From a virus, in IMG/VR virus record IMGVR_UViG_3300038468_000190, positions 32,001 through 96,000 of that record: a stretch of DNA of 64,000 nt; one strand, written 5' to 3'. The notes below the pieces were generated by a model. It made no database searches. It was not told the DNA's origin and saw only the letters and a list, made by a program, of their open reading frames with translations. The translations under genes and the position numbers were made by a program. Positions 9,594 to 17,797 of this stretch are shown here, piece by piece (the stretch's first letter is position 1; each line of letters starts with the position of its first letter).

Positions 9594-11033
9594 TCACCCG
9601 TCCTCCGCGAAGTCGTCGCTGAGCTCGTCGTAAGACTGCTCGGCGCGCTCGAAAAATCTCGTGCTCGCGTCGCGGAAGCGAAGAGGCACGGTGCCCGTCG
9701 GGCCGTTACGGTCCTTGGCAACGATGAGCTCGGCGTCGTCGCTCGTGCTCTCTCTGTCGTAGTACGCCACGCGGTAGAGAAACCAGACGATGTCGGCGTC
9801 TTGCTCGATAGCTCCGGATTCCCTGAGGTCGCTGAGCTCGGGGCGGCGATCTTTTTTGCCGCCGCGCTCGGTGTTGCGGTTCAGCTGGGAGACGGCGATG
9901 ACGGTGACCTTGAGATCTTTCGCGAGCGCCTTCAGCCCGGCAGACAGGCTCGCGACTTCGTTCTCGCGGTTGTCTCGTTCCCGGCGGATGCCTTTCATGA
10001 GCTGGAGGTAGTCGACTGCGACGACCTTCAGGCGCTTACACGGCACGGCGGCGCGACCGGCGGCGATGTCGCGCATGAGTTTTTTCACACGCGTGCGGAC
10101 GTCGAGTACGGTGAGCGCCGGGCTGTCGTCGACCCAGATCGGAAAGCGCTGAAACGCCACCGCGGCGCGCTCGAGCCGGTTCCACTCGTCTTCCGAAAGA
10201 GAATTTTTGCGTGTGCTACTGACGTCGATGCTCTCCTCGGCGCACGCGAAGCGGAGCGCGACCTGCGAGCGCGGCATCTCGATCGAAAAGAACGCCGCGC
10301 CTTCGGGGAACTCGTCACCGAGAGGGCGAGCGACGTTGGCGAGGATGTTCATGCACCAGGAAGTTTTCCCCATGCCGGGCCGACCGGCGGCGACGACGAG
10401 ATCCGTGTCGTGCAGGCCGCCCGTCATCTGGTCGAGCTTCAGGTATCCCGTGGGCGTGCCGGTGCCGCGCCCGACTTCGCCGCTCTCGCGGAGCACGCGG
10501 CGCTCGGCGACCTCGTCGGCGAGAATTTTTCCGAGCGGGACGAGCTCGCTCCCGACGCCCTCGGACAGGAGCTCTTCGATGTCGTTTTCGGCGCGCTGGA
10601 TGATGTCGACGGACGGCTCGGCCGCCATGTACGCCTCGGCGGCGTAGCGCTGGCACCGGAGGATGAGCTGGCGCGCCTGCCACTTGTCGCGCACGATCTC
10701 GGCGTACGTCGCGACGTTGGCGACAGCGGGGATCTTGTCGGTCAAGTCTCCGATGTAGGGCGTCCCACCGACGCGCTCGAGTTTTCCGTTTTGGCGGAGC
10801 CGAGACGCGACCGAGATCATGTCGACCGGCTGATTGTCGAGCGAGAGCTCCGTGATCGCTTCGAAGATGAACTTGTTCGAGTCGGAGTAGAACATCGTCC
10901 AGTTGACGATGGCGGCGACGTTGTCGAACTCGCTCGCCTTGATGAGTACCGTCGCGATGACGGCCGCCTCGGCGTCGAGATCGCACGGGGGCACACGCCC
11001 CTGCGACGGGCGAAGTTCTACGACAGTTGACAC
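9594..11033 (-). CDS. dnaB: Replicative DNA helicase
   Basis: PPCDLDAEAAV N-terminus, Walker A AGRPGMGKT, FSIEM, VDYLQLM, SQLNR, SDLRESGAIEQDAD, IVAKDRNGPTG. Confidence 0.97.
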   Translation of the reverse strand: MSTVVELRPSQGRVPPCDLDAEAAVIATVLIKASEFDNVAAIVNWTMFYSDSNKFIFEAITELSLDNQPVDMISVASRLRQNGKLERVGGTPYIGDLTDKIPAVANVATYAEIVRDKWQARQLILRCQRYAAEAYMAAEPSVDIIQRAENDIEELLSEGVGSELVPLGKILADEVAERRVLRESGEVGRGTGTPTGYLKLDQMTGGLHDTDLVVAAGRPGMGKTSWCMNILANVARPLGDEFPEGAAFFSIEMPRSQVALRFACAEESIDVSSTRKNSLSEDEWNRLERAAVAFQRFPIWVDDSPALTVLDVRTRVKKLMRDIAAGRAAVPCKRLKVVAVDYLQLMKGIRRERDNRENEVASLSAGLKALAKDLKVTVIAVSQLNRNTERGGKKDRRPELSDLRESGAIEQDADIVWFLYRVAYYDRESTSDDAELIVAKDRNGPTGTVPLRFRDASTRFFERAEQSYDELSDDFAEDG

Positions 11034-11923
11034 GTTTCGGCGTCGGAGAGGCCGGGGACATCGAAGGCGCTCTCGAGCGCCTCGCGCGTTTCGTGTGTGG
11101 CCATCAGGATGGTCTTACGCCGGAGAAACCGTTCGCGAAGGAGCGACTCGAGCCGGCTCGTGAGCCAGCCGTCGCGGGCGTAGCGACCCGGATCGACATT
11201 GTCGACGACGAGGATGTGCGACTCGCGGGCGTGACCGAAGACGTCGGCCGGTTGATCGGTGCCCGCGTCGTAGCGTTGCTGCATCTCGGCGCGCACGGTC
11301 GCGGTGTCGGCGTACCAGAGAAGCGCGCGCGGCGCGCGGCGGATGAGCGTCCGGAGGAGCGCGACCAAGAGACGCGTCTTTCCAGATCCCTTCGGACCCG
11401 AGAGGACGAAGAAGCACGGCGCTCCGGCAGCGAGGCGGTCACCAAGCGCGGCGAGCTCACCGAGCGCGGCGAGGTTTTCGACTCGAGGGTACGCGAGCAC
11501 GCTCGAGTCCCAGTAGAACTTCGGAACGTTGGAGTTCTCGAGACGGCGGCGAGTCTTGTACTCGAGCCAGCGCTCGCCGCAGGGCTCCGTCACGACGCGC
11601 CGATCGCGCCAGACGGGCATGTGACCGCGCTTGACGATCCGAAAGTCCTCGGCGCACGCGCCGCCCGTCGGCGGGCATCCCGCGCAGAGGCCGAGCCGGT
11701 GCTCGTAGTCGTGATAGGCCTGGATGTTTTCCCGAAAGAGCTCGTCGTCAGTCAAGTCCGGGGGGGATCCAGATGCCAAACGGGGACAGGCGCCAGCCAG
11801 CCAGCTCGAACTCCCGCCGGCGAGCTGGACTTGCTGTCGAAGGGTGGCTTTCAGGGTCAGGCGGGTCCTGGTGATGTCCTCCGGGAACCCCGACCGACTC
11901 GCGTGCTGGAGCTTTTCGTCCAT
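11018..11923 (-). CDS. DnaC/IstB-like AAA+ helicase loader
   Basis: Walker A GPKGSGKT, Walker B ILVVDN, Cys cluster; directly upstream of dnaB. Confidence 0.8.
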   Translation of the reverse strand: MDEKLQHASRSGFPEDITRTRLTLKATLRQQVQLAGGSSSWLAGACPRLASGSPPDLTDDELFRENIQAYHDYEHRLGLCAGCPPTGGACAEDFRIVKRGHMPVWRDRRVVTEPCGERWLEYKTRRRLENSNVPKFYWDSSVLAYPRVENLAALGELAALGDRLAAGAPCFFVLSGPKGSGKTRLLVALLRTLIRRAPRALLWYADTATVRAEMQQRYDAGTDQPADVFGHARESHILVVDNVDPGRYARDGWLTSRLESLLRERFLRRKTILMATHETREALESAFDVPGLSDAETCQLS

Positions 11924-12668
11924 GCTGTACCGCTTTCTGCTCAGACTCTGGATATTCCAGTGTTAGAGAATGATTCGAGTCTGGTGAACGGTTCTTAGAA
12001 CCGTTCGATCCAGATCCAGATCCAGATCCAAATTCTGATACTGATCCTGATCCAGAAGAACGGTTCTGGGGTAACGGTTTGCTTGAACCGTTGGGGGGTA
12101 ACGGTTGTCGAGAACCGTTCACCGGAACGGTTCCGTAAGTAACCGTTCCTCCGTTACGGTAGACCTGGACCTGTAACTCTGCGTAAGTGAGGAGTTTTCT
12201 GCCGCGCCGGTACTCGCTCAAAACGCGGCCAAACGTGGCGTCCCAGCACTCCATCGTCTTGTCGGCACGTTCGTTGACGCCCGAGAGGAGCGACTCGAGG
12301 TGGTCCCATTTGAGGGCGGAATCCCCCATGTCGCACCACTCCTTGTACCATGAGAACAGAATGTTCGGGTTGTCCGCCTTGTTGTACTTTGGCGCCGCCG
12401 GGAGCCGAATCATCCGGTGCTCGGGGTCGAAGCAGAAGTGCACGCGCCCGTCGTCCTGCCGCGAGAGCTCCTCGAAGGCCCCTTCGACATCGGCGAGAGG
12501 CCGTCGGACCGTCTTGGCCATGATGACCGGATCGACGTTGGGAATGAGCCCCGGGATCCGTCGCCGGAGGTCGCTCACGAGGCACCCGATCCAGACGGTG
12601 AAGCCCGCGTAGCTGAGCTGGTTCACCCAGGGATCGGAAAAGACTTTTGCATCGACGAGATTCGCCAT
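11748..12668 (-). CDS. Putative replication initiator protein
   Basis: Upstream of loader and helicase; contains an internal iteron-like array and a GSGSGS linker, as in lambda-O-type initiators. Confidence 0.6.
   Translation of the reverse strand: MANLVDAKVFSDPWVNQLSYAGFTVWIGCLVSDLRRRIPGLIPNVDPVIMAKTVRRPLADVEGAFEELSRQDDGRVHFCFDPEHRMIRLPAAPKYNKADNPNILFSWYKEWCDMGDSALKWDHLESLLSGVNERADKTMECWDATFGRVLSEYRRGRKLLTYAELQVQVYRNGGTVTYGTVPVNGSRQPLPPNGSSKPLPQNRSSGSGSVSEFGSGSGSGSNGSKNRSPDSNHSLTLEYPESEQKAVQHGRKAPARESVGVPGGHHQDPPDPESHPSTASPARRREFELAGWRLSPFGIWIPPGLD
11987..12147. repeat. Iteron-like array, candidate replication origin
   Basis: Nine AAC(C/G)GTT at 11987, 11999, 12059, 12073, 12086, 12100, 12113, 12126, 12141; (GATCCA)4 at 12007-12030; locally AT-richer. 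Confidence 0.7.
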
Positions 12669-12688
12669 GCCGCTGTTCCCCCACCGAG

Positions 12689-12895
12689 CTAGCTCGCGAG
12701 CTTTTCGGCGCGGAGAAGTTTGCGGTGGTAAGCGCGAAGCGCTCGGCGAATGACGTCGTTGCCCGTGAGGCCGTCGAGGCGCTTCGCCTCTTCGAGGATC
12801 GCTCGATCCTCGGCGTTGAAGTAGACGACCTTGCCTCCACGCCTCTTCGGCGTGCGGCGCTTTCGTTCCCGCATACGAATGCTGCTCTCGGACAT
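12689..12895 (-). CDS. CopG/ribbon-helix-helix regulator
   Basis: VVYFNAEDRAILEEAKRLDGLTGNDVIRRALRAY. Confidence 0.65.
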   Translation of the reverse strand: MSESSIRMRERKRRTPKRRGGKVVYFNAEDRAILEEAKRLDGLTGNDVIRRALRAYHRKLLRAEKLAS

Positions 12896-12938
12896 GGGAT
12901 CAACGTGGATACAACCCGCATATGCGGGGTGTCAAGAC

Positions 12939-13631
12939 TCAATCCTCGTCGTCGAGATGGAAGCCACACTCCTTCGGATCGCCGTGGATCCATCCGGTAC
13001 GCGGACTCCAACCCGACAGGGCCCCGGCGGGTACTATGCGCTGACATCGCCGGCACGGTAGCGCCCACTTCGACGGGCTCACGTGGCAGTAATGTTTCGG
13101 GTGACGCCCGTCGTCCGTGTCGAACATGCCAGGCCATTTTCCGTGGCCTGCGAAGTCGTCGGCGGGATCATTGGGGTTCAAACGGCGACCGCGTGAGCGA
13201 CGTTCGCGCTTTAGTTGCCAGGGTGAGCGAAGGTCCGCGTGCGGCATCACGAATTTCTGATCTAGATCTCGCCAGTACTTGTCCTGCTGCACGTCGCCCG
13301 CGAACGCCCATCCCAAGATCACGAAGAGCGGCGCCTCCCTCCCGCCGACGAGCACGACGACTTCGTCGTCCGGCGTGCCGTCCGTGAGCTCGATGCCCGC
13401 GACGGTCGACTCGACGAGCCGCGCGTCGAGCGAGCTCGGCACCTTGCCTACCTTCTTCCATGTGTCCCACCGCTCGAGTTTTTGAAAGGTCCCTTCCCAG
13501 CGCCGCCGGCACGCGAGCGAAATCGCCTTCTCGGCGATGGCCCGCTTCGGCCCCGTGTCACCACGCTTCTTGGCGGCGCGCCGCGCGGCGGCAATCTCGT
13601 CGAGAGTGAGGGTAATCGTGAATCGGGACAT
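12939..13631 (-). CDS. Hypothetical protein
   Basis: First ORF of the leftward block. Confidence 0.55.
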   Translation of the reverse strand: MSRFTITLTLDEIAAARRAAKKRGDTGPKRAIAEKAISLACRRRWEGTFQKLERWDTWKKVGKVPSSLDARLVESTVAGIELTDGTPDDEVVVLVGGREAPLFVILGWAFAGDVQQDKYWRDLDQKFVMPHADLRSPWQLKRERRSRGRRLNPNDPADDFAGHGKWPGMFDTDDGRHPKHYCHVSPSKWALPCRRCQRIVPAGALSGWSPRTGWIHGDPKECGFHLDDED

Positions 13632-13728
13632 GCTCTTTGTTGCTTCTGACTCCCCGTCGGGGTACTCGATTGTCTAAGCCCTGAGCCCGCCTTTTGAGTA
13701 GCTCCTTTGGGCCGGCATGGGGCTTACC

Positions 13729-13771
13729 GGGTCGCGTCGGCTCGCAAGGTAGACGCGGCCCGAACTTTTTT
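13729..13771 (+). terminator. Intrinsic-terminator-like hairpin in the divergent region
   Basis: GGGTCGCGTC (13729-13738) pairs with GACGCGGCCC (13752-13761), T-run at 13766-13771. Confidence 0.5.
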
Positions 13772-13784
13772 CTTGCTATTGGGG

Positions 13785-13822
13785 TTGACAGTATAATCGG
13801 CTGCGGCTATCAGTGATATCAC
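13785..13822 (+). promoter_or_regulatory. Rightward promoter region with palindrome
   Basis: TTGACA at 13785, TATAAT at 13792, TATCAG 17 nt after TTGACA, GTGATATCAC at 13813-13822; lies at the strand switch. Confidence 0.55.
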
Positions 13823-13958
13823 GGACGTTGCCGGGACGGAAATTGTTCGAGTCCCCCCCCTCGAGTGAAGGAGCCTCCCGGTAGCGTCCGAATTTAGTCC
13901 AGGTCGCGCCGTGCCATGACGCGCCCGGGATCGACGGAAAGGTCGGGCGACGGAACTG

Positions 13959-14519
13959 ATGGCTCGCCACAGCGCAGCGCGTGATCAGGAAATCTGGGAG
14001 ACGGCCCAGGCCGCCATCGAGCGGCTGTGCGCGGCGGGCGAGACCGGGCTCACCCCCCGCGACATCTTCGGGGCCGAGGAGCAACGCGAGTTTTGGGCAA
14101 CGAGTTTTCTGAGGCGCCTGTCCGAGGCAAAGCTAGTTATCTCCCGCGCCGGCATGGCGGGAGGCAGGAGCAACCGGGCAAAGACCTACTTCGCAACCGC
14201 GGCGCTCGCCGTCCTCACCGAAGATCCATCGCGGCTCGAGGAGCTCGTTTGGCCGAGGGGAGCGACGTTGTCGCCGGATTTGTCGGCGCAGGAGTTACTC
14301 GAGTTCGAGGAGGAGCCCGAGGGGGAGCCGCCGGCAGAAGAAAAGCAGGACGACGGTCTGATGCCAACTGAAGGCATCGAGGAGCAGATGAAATGGATTG
14401 TCGAGAAGCGGGCGCTGACCGAGAAAGTGGACGCGCTGCTCAAGCTCGGCCTCGCGACCTTTCAGATGGTCGAAGCCCTGAGGGCCGAGCTCGAAGGACT
14501 CAAGCGCGCATGGGAATGA
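13959..14519 (+). CDS. Putative winged-helix DNA-binding protein
   Basis: GLTPRDI...FLRRLSEAKLVISR...AKTYFAT pattern. Confidence 0.55.
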   Translation: MARHSAARDQEIWETAQAAIERLCAAGETGLTPRDIFGAEEQREFWATSFLRRLSEAKLVISRAGMAGGRSNRAKTYFATAALAVLTEDPSRLEELVWPRGATLSPDLSAQELLEFEEEPEGEPPAEEKQDDGLMPTEGIEEQMKWIVEKRALTEKVDALLKLGLATFQMVEALRAELEGLKRAWE

Positions 14520-15475
14520 TGACATTCGAGGAGCTCCGGGAGCTTCACGCCATGGCGACGACGCACCGAGAGAAAGCGTCGCTCGAGGTCGAGCTCTGGC
14601 AGCGCTTCGGAGCCCAGGACCCCTCGCGCACCTGGCCCGGGCGCCGGGAGTATCTGTCGGAGATCTTGCGTCTCACGCCGGCCGAGGTCGAGCGCCGGCA
14701 CACACTCATCGGGCTCGGCGACGCAGCAAATCCGCTCTGGGACCGCCTCGAGCGGGACCTCACCTTGTCGGCGGTGACGGAGATCATTCGCCGCTCGCGC
14801 GCGATCAGCCGCGAGCGGGTCGGGGTCCCCATGGCCGTGACGGTAGCCGCCGTGCTCGACGAGTACGACTCGAGACCCTTCGTGCGCGATCTCGGCGGCG
14901 GCAAGCTCGGCCGGAGCGGACAGCCGACGCGACCGGTTGGCGGCCGGACCGGGCCCATCCGACGCACCTCGCGAGCGCCGGCCCCATCGCGAGCAAGCAC
15001 CGAGGCGATCGACAAGAAGTCTCGCGGCTCGCAGGCGAGCGCCGAGCACGTGTTCCGTGTGAAGATGCGCGAGATCGTACGCGAGTACGTCGACGACATG
15101 CTCGCCGGGCACGCCGAGGCCAACGTCATCGGCGAAGCCGAGCGCGTCGAAGCCGAGATCCGGGTCGTCCTGGCGGAGTTTTTGGGGAGGATCACGCGAA
15201 AGAAAAAGAACCCCACCCTCGCCGAGGTCATCACGCGGTCGAAGCTCGCCGGGGCCTGTCAGATCCTGCACGTCGATCCGCCCAAGTCGGACGACTACCG
15301 CGGTGGCCGCTGGTACGGCCGGACGAAGAAGCTCTTCAAGGAGCTCGCGGCCTCGTTCCACGAGGACCGCGTCGGTAGCGGCTCGCGGGATCAGTTCCTC
15401 GCCGTCATGGAAGCGTGGCGCGTCGTGGAAGCGTTCATGGATCAGAAAGAAACGACCCGCGTGAGCGCGGGATGA
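14516..15475 (+). CDS. Hypothetical protein with C-terminal J-domain-like region (HPD replaced by HED)
   Basis: ACQILHV...KKLFKELAASFHEDR...QFLAVMEAWRVV. Confidence 0.55.
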   Translation: MMTFEELRELHAMATTHREKASLEVELWQRFGAQDPSRTWPGRREYLSEILRLTPAEVERRHTLIGLGDAANPLWDRLERDLTLSAVTEIIRRSRAISRERVGVPMAVTVAAVLDEYDSRPFVRDLGGGKLGRSGQPTRPVGGRTGPIRRTSRAPAPSRASTEAIDKKSRGSQASAEHVFRVKMREIVREYVDDMLAGHAEANVIGEAERVEAEIRVVLAEFLGRITRKKKNPTLAEVITRSKLAGACQILHVDPPKSDDYRGGRWYGRTKKLFKELAASFHEDRVGSGSRDQFLAVMEAWRVVEAFMDQKETTRVSAG

Positions 15476-15488
15476 AGGAGCTCGAGAT

Positions 15489-16028
15489 ATGGCCAGACGA
15501 TCATCAGGTGCCCGAAACATAGAAGCGTTCCCGCTCGACACGGCGCTCACGAAGCCGGCCCGCATTGCGGCATTCCTAGCGTGGTGGGCGAAGCAGCACC
15601 CCTACGACTTCGCGGCGTACAACGAGATCTTGAAGGCCATCGAGGGCTTCAAGAAGCTCCCGCGCATGGACACGAAGGACGTCGAGTCCGTCCGTGAGTG
15701 CACGGGCCGCGCGGAGAAGGTCCTCCGTCGCGACTACCAGCGCGAGCTCATTCGCCACCGGGGCCTCGGCGCGCGCGCGAGCGTCGACAGTCTCGACGTC
15801 ATCCAGAACAAGCAAGTGACCAAGGCCCGGAGGATGCACAGCGCCGCCAAGAGCTTCATCGAGACCGACAACCTCATCGACGTCCGCTCGATCCCGGACA
15901 CGGCCGCCTCGCGGCCCTGGAAGCACTGGTATCAGCGCGACGCGGGGGCCATCTTGAAGATGGTGAACTCCGACGACTTCCTCGGAAAGCTTCTGCCCGC
16001 TGCGGCCGAGAAGGACGAGAAGAAGTAA
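15489..16028 (+). CDS. Hypothetical protein
   Basis: AAGGAG ribosome site upstream; clean ORF. Confidence 0.6.
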   Translation: MARRSSGARNIEAFPLDTALTKPARIAAFLAWWAKQHPYDFAAYNEILKAIEGFKKLPRMDTKDVESVRECTGRAEKVLRRDYQRELIRHRGLGARASVDSLDVIQNKQVTKARRMHSAAKSFIETDNLIDVRSIPDTAASRPWKHWYQRDAGAILKMVNSDDFLGKLLPAAAEKDEKK

Positions 16029-16517
16029 GGCCGATGCCTCGTCGCCTCCTCTCCTTCGAGGAGATGCTGGTTCTTCTCCGTGCCGGTGGGGCTGCACGTC
16101 GCACGAGTTGGTCGCCAGAAGCCCAGATCTTCCTCCTCGACCATGACGAGCCGGAGCCGTGGCTCGTCCGGATCGAGCCTCTGAAAGAGGCGGTTCGTGT
16201 CGCCGAAAAAACAGGGTTCTATGTGGAGGTCCGTCCCCCGAAGGAACGTGCGAACCGATGAGTGACTACGGACGAGAGATCGCCAACACGACCGAGTGGC
16301 TCCTTTACCACACGTTCATTCCGCACTCGGACGACTGGTTTACCGTGGCCACCTGGGTGGACAAGTGGCTAAACGGCTCCGGGAGGCATGCACGCGACGA
16401 GCGCCCGAACCCCGCCCTCGTCCTCGCGGCGTTCGAGCGGCTGGTCACGACCGGGCACCTGGAGGCCGGCACCGACGACTACGGCGCTCGGGTGTTCCGC
16501 CGGAGAAAGGAGCGCCC

Positions 16518-17147
16518 GTGAACGCGGACGAGTGGATCCGGCGGCACCAGTGGACGGCCATGGGGATGCTCAGCGAGCACGAGCTCCTCGGCGAGACGTA
16601 CTGGGCGGGCGGCCGCTCGGCCGCCTGGGTCATCGGAACGCCCGGCACGAGCGTCTACAAGGTGGAGATCATCGCCGGCATCATGGGAAGCCTCGTCGTC
16701 CACGGCGACTTCGATTTTGCCCGGTTCGCCCACTTCGGCGACCGCGAGGATGCCTGGTCACGGCTCCTGTGGATGGCCTACTGTACCGACGTCGGCTACT
16801 ACGTGGCGCAGAAGGCTTCGATCGGACTCCGCCGACAGGCGACCGAAGAGTACGACGCGAGCGTGGCGGAGCACGATCTCAAGTACTGGATCCGCGAGGC
16901 CGAAACGGACGGTGCCGCGGAGAGAGCGAATGTCCTTCGCGAAGCCCTCGACGAGTACGCCGACGACGAGCAGGAGCTCCGGAGGTTTCTGAGCGAGAAC
17001 GCCCGGACGAACGACCTCTGGGAGTGCCGCATCGGGACGGTGCTCAGGTGGGACGTCATCGTGAGCCACGTCGCCTTGAACAAGTGCGCCTCGCTTCTCT
17101 GGGAGAAGTACGGCGCCGAGGGCCCGAAGGAGTGTCGCGCCACATGA
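16518..17147 (+). CDS. Hypothetical phage protein
   Basis: GTGA and ATGA coupling at both ends. Confidence 0.6.
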   Translation: MNADEWIRRHQWTAMGMLSEHELLGETYWAGGRSAAWVIGTPGTSVYKVEIIAGIMGSLVVHGDFDFARFAHFGDREDAWSRLLWMAYCTDVGYYVAQKASIGLRRQATEEYDASVAEHDLKYWIREAETDGAAERANVLREALDEYADDEQELRRFLSENARTNDLWECRIGTVLRWDVIVSHVALNKCASLLWEKYGAEGPKECRAT

Positions 17148-17797
17148 CTCTCACGGCAAAGCAGTCGATCAATTTCTACGACGACGTCTACGACCGGTAC
17201 TTCCTCGACACGGAGTTCTGCGAGGACGGTAAGACCATCGACCTCATCTCGATCGGCATCGTCGGCCCGGACGGCAGAGAATTCTATGCCGTGAACCACG
17301 ATGCCGAGCTCCACCGGGTCTCGCCCTGGGTGCGAGAGCACGTGCTCCCGTCACTCCCGCCCTACGGAGACAGCGCGTGGCAGTCACGCCGGGAGATCGC
17401 CGGCGGGGTCGACAGCTTCATTGACAATGCGGGTAGGCGCGCGGAGATCTGGGCGTACTACGCCGACTACGACTGGGTGGCGCTCTGCCAGCTCTTCGGC
17501 GTGACGGAAGAGCCAGTCCATGCGAGCAAACATGCCGTTTGTCCGGAATGCGGGCCGCACGTGAAATTCGACGAGGACGGTTGCTGCGCGTGCTGCGGCG
17601 CGGATTGCACGGAAGCCCCGTGCAATTGTCTGCGTGAATTGTCGCAACTCCGCGCGCTCGTTCGGGAGCTCATGAAAGCGGCGGAGGAATTCTGGCAGGA
17701 GCGACCATGGGGCAGTACGCGCGGCAATGCGCTGCGGGATGCACTCACCAAAGCCCGCGCGCTCGTCGATCCGGAATCCGGGCAGGGGAAGAGATGA
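17144..17797 (+). CDS. Rv2179c-like DEDD 3'-5' exonuclease, apparently truncated and fused to a Cys-rich tail
   Basis: YFLDTEF...LISIGIV..DGREFYA...WVREHVLP...WAYYADYDWVALCQLFG, then unrelated CPEC/CCACC. Confidence 0.7.
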   Translation: MTLTAKQSINFYDDVYDRYFLDTEFCEDGKTIDLISIGIVGPDGREFYAVNHDAELHRVSPWVREHVLPSLPPYGDSAWQSRREIAGGVDSFIDNAGRRAEIWAYYADYDWVALCQLFGVTEEPVHASKHAVCPECGPHVKFDEDGCCACCGADCTEAPCNCLRELSQLRALVRELMKAAEEFWQERPWGSTRGNALRDALTKARALVDPESGQGKR

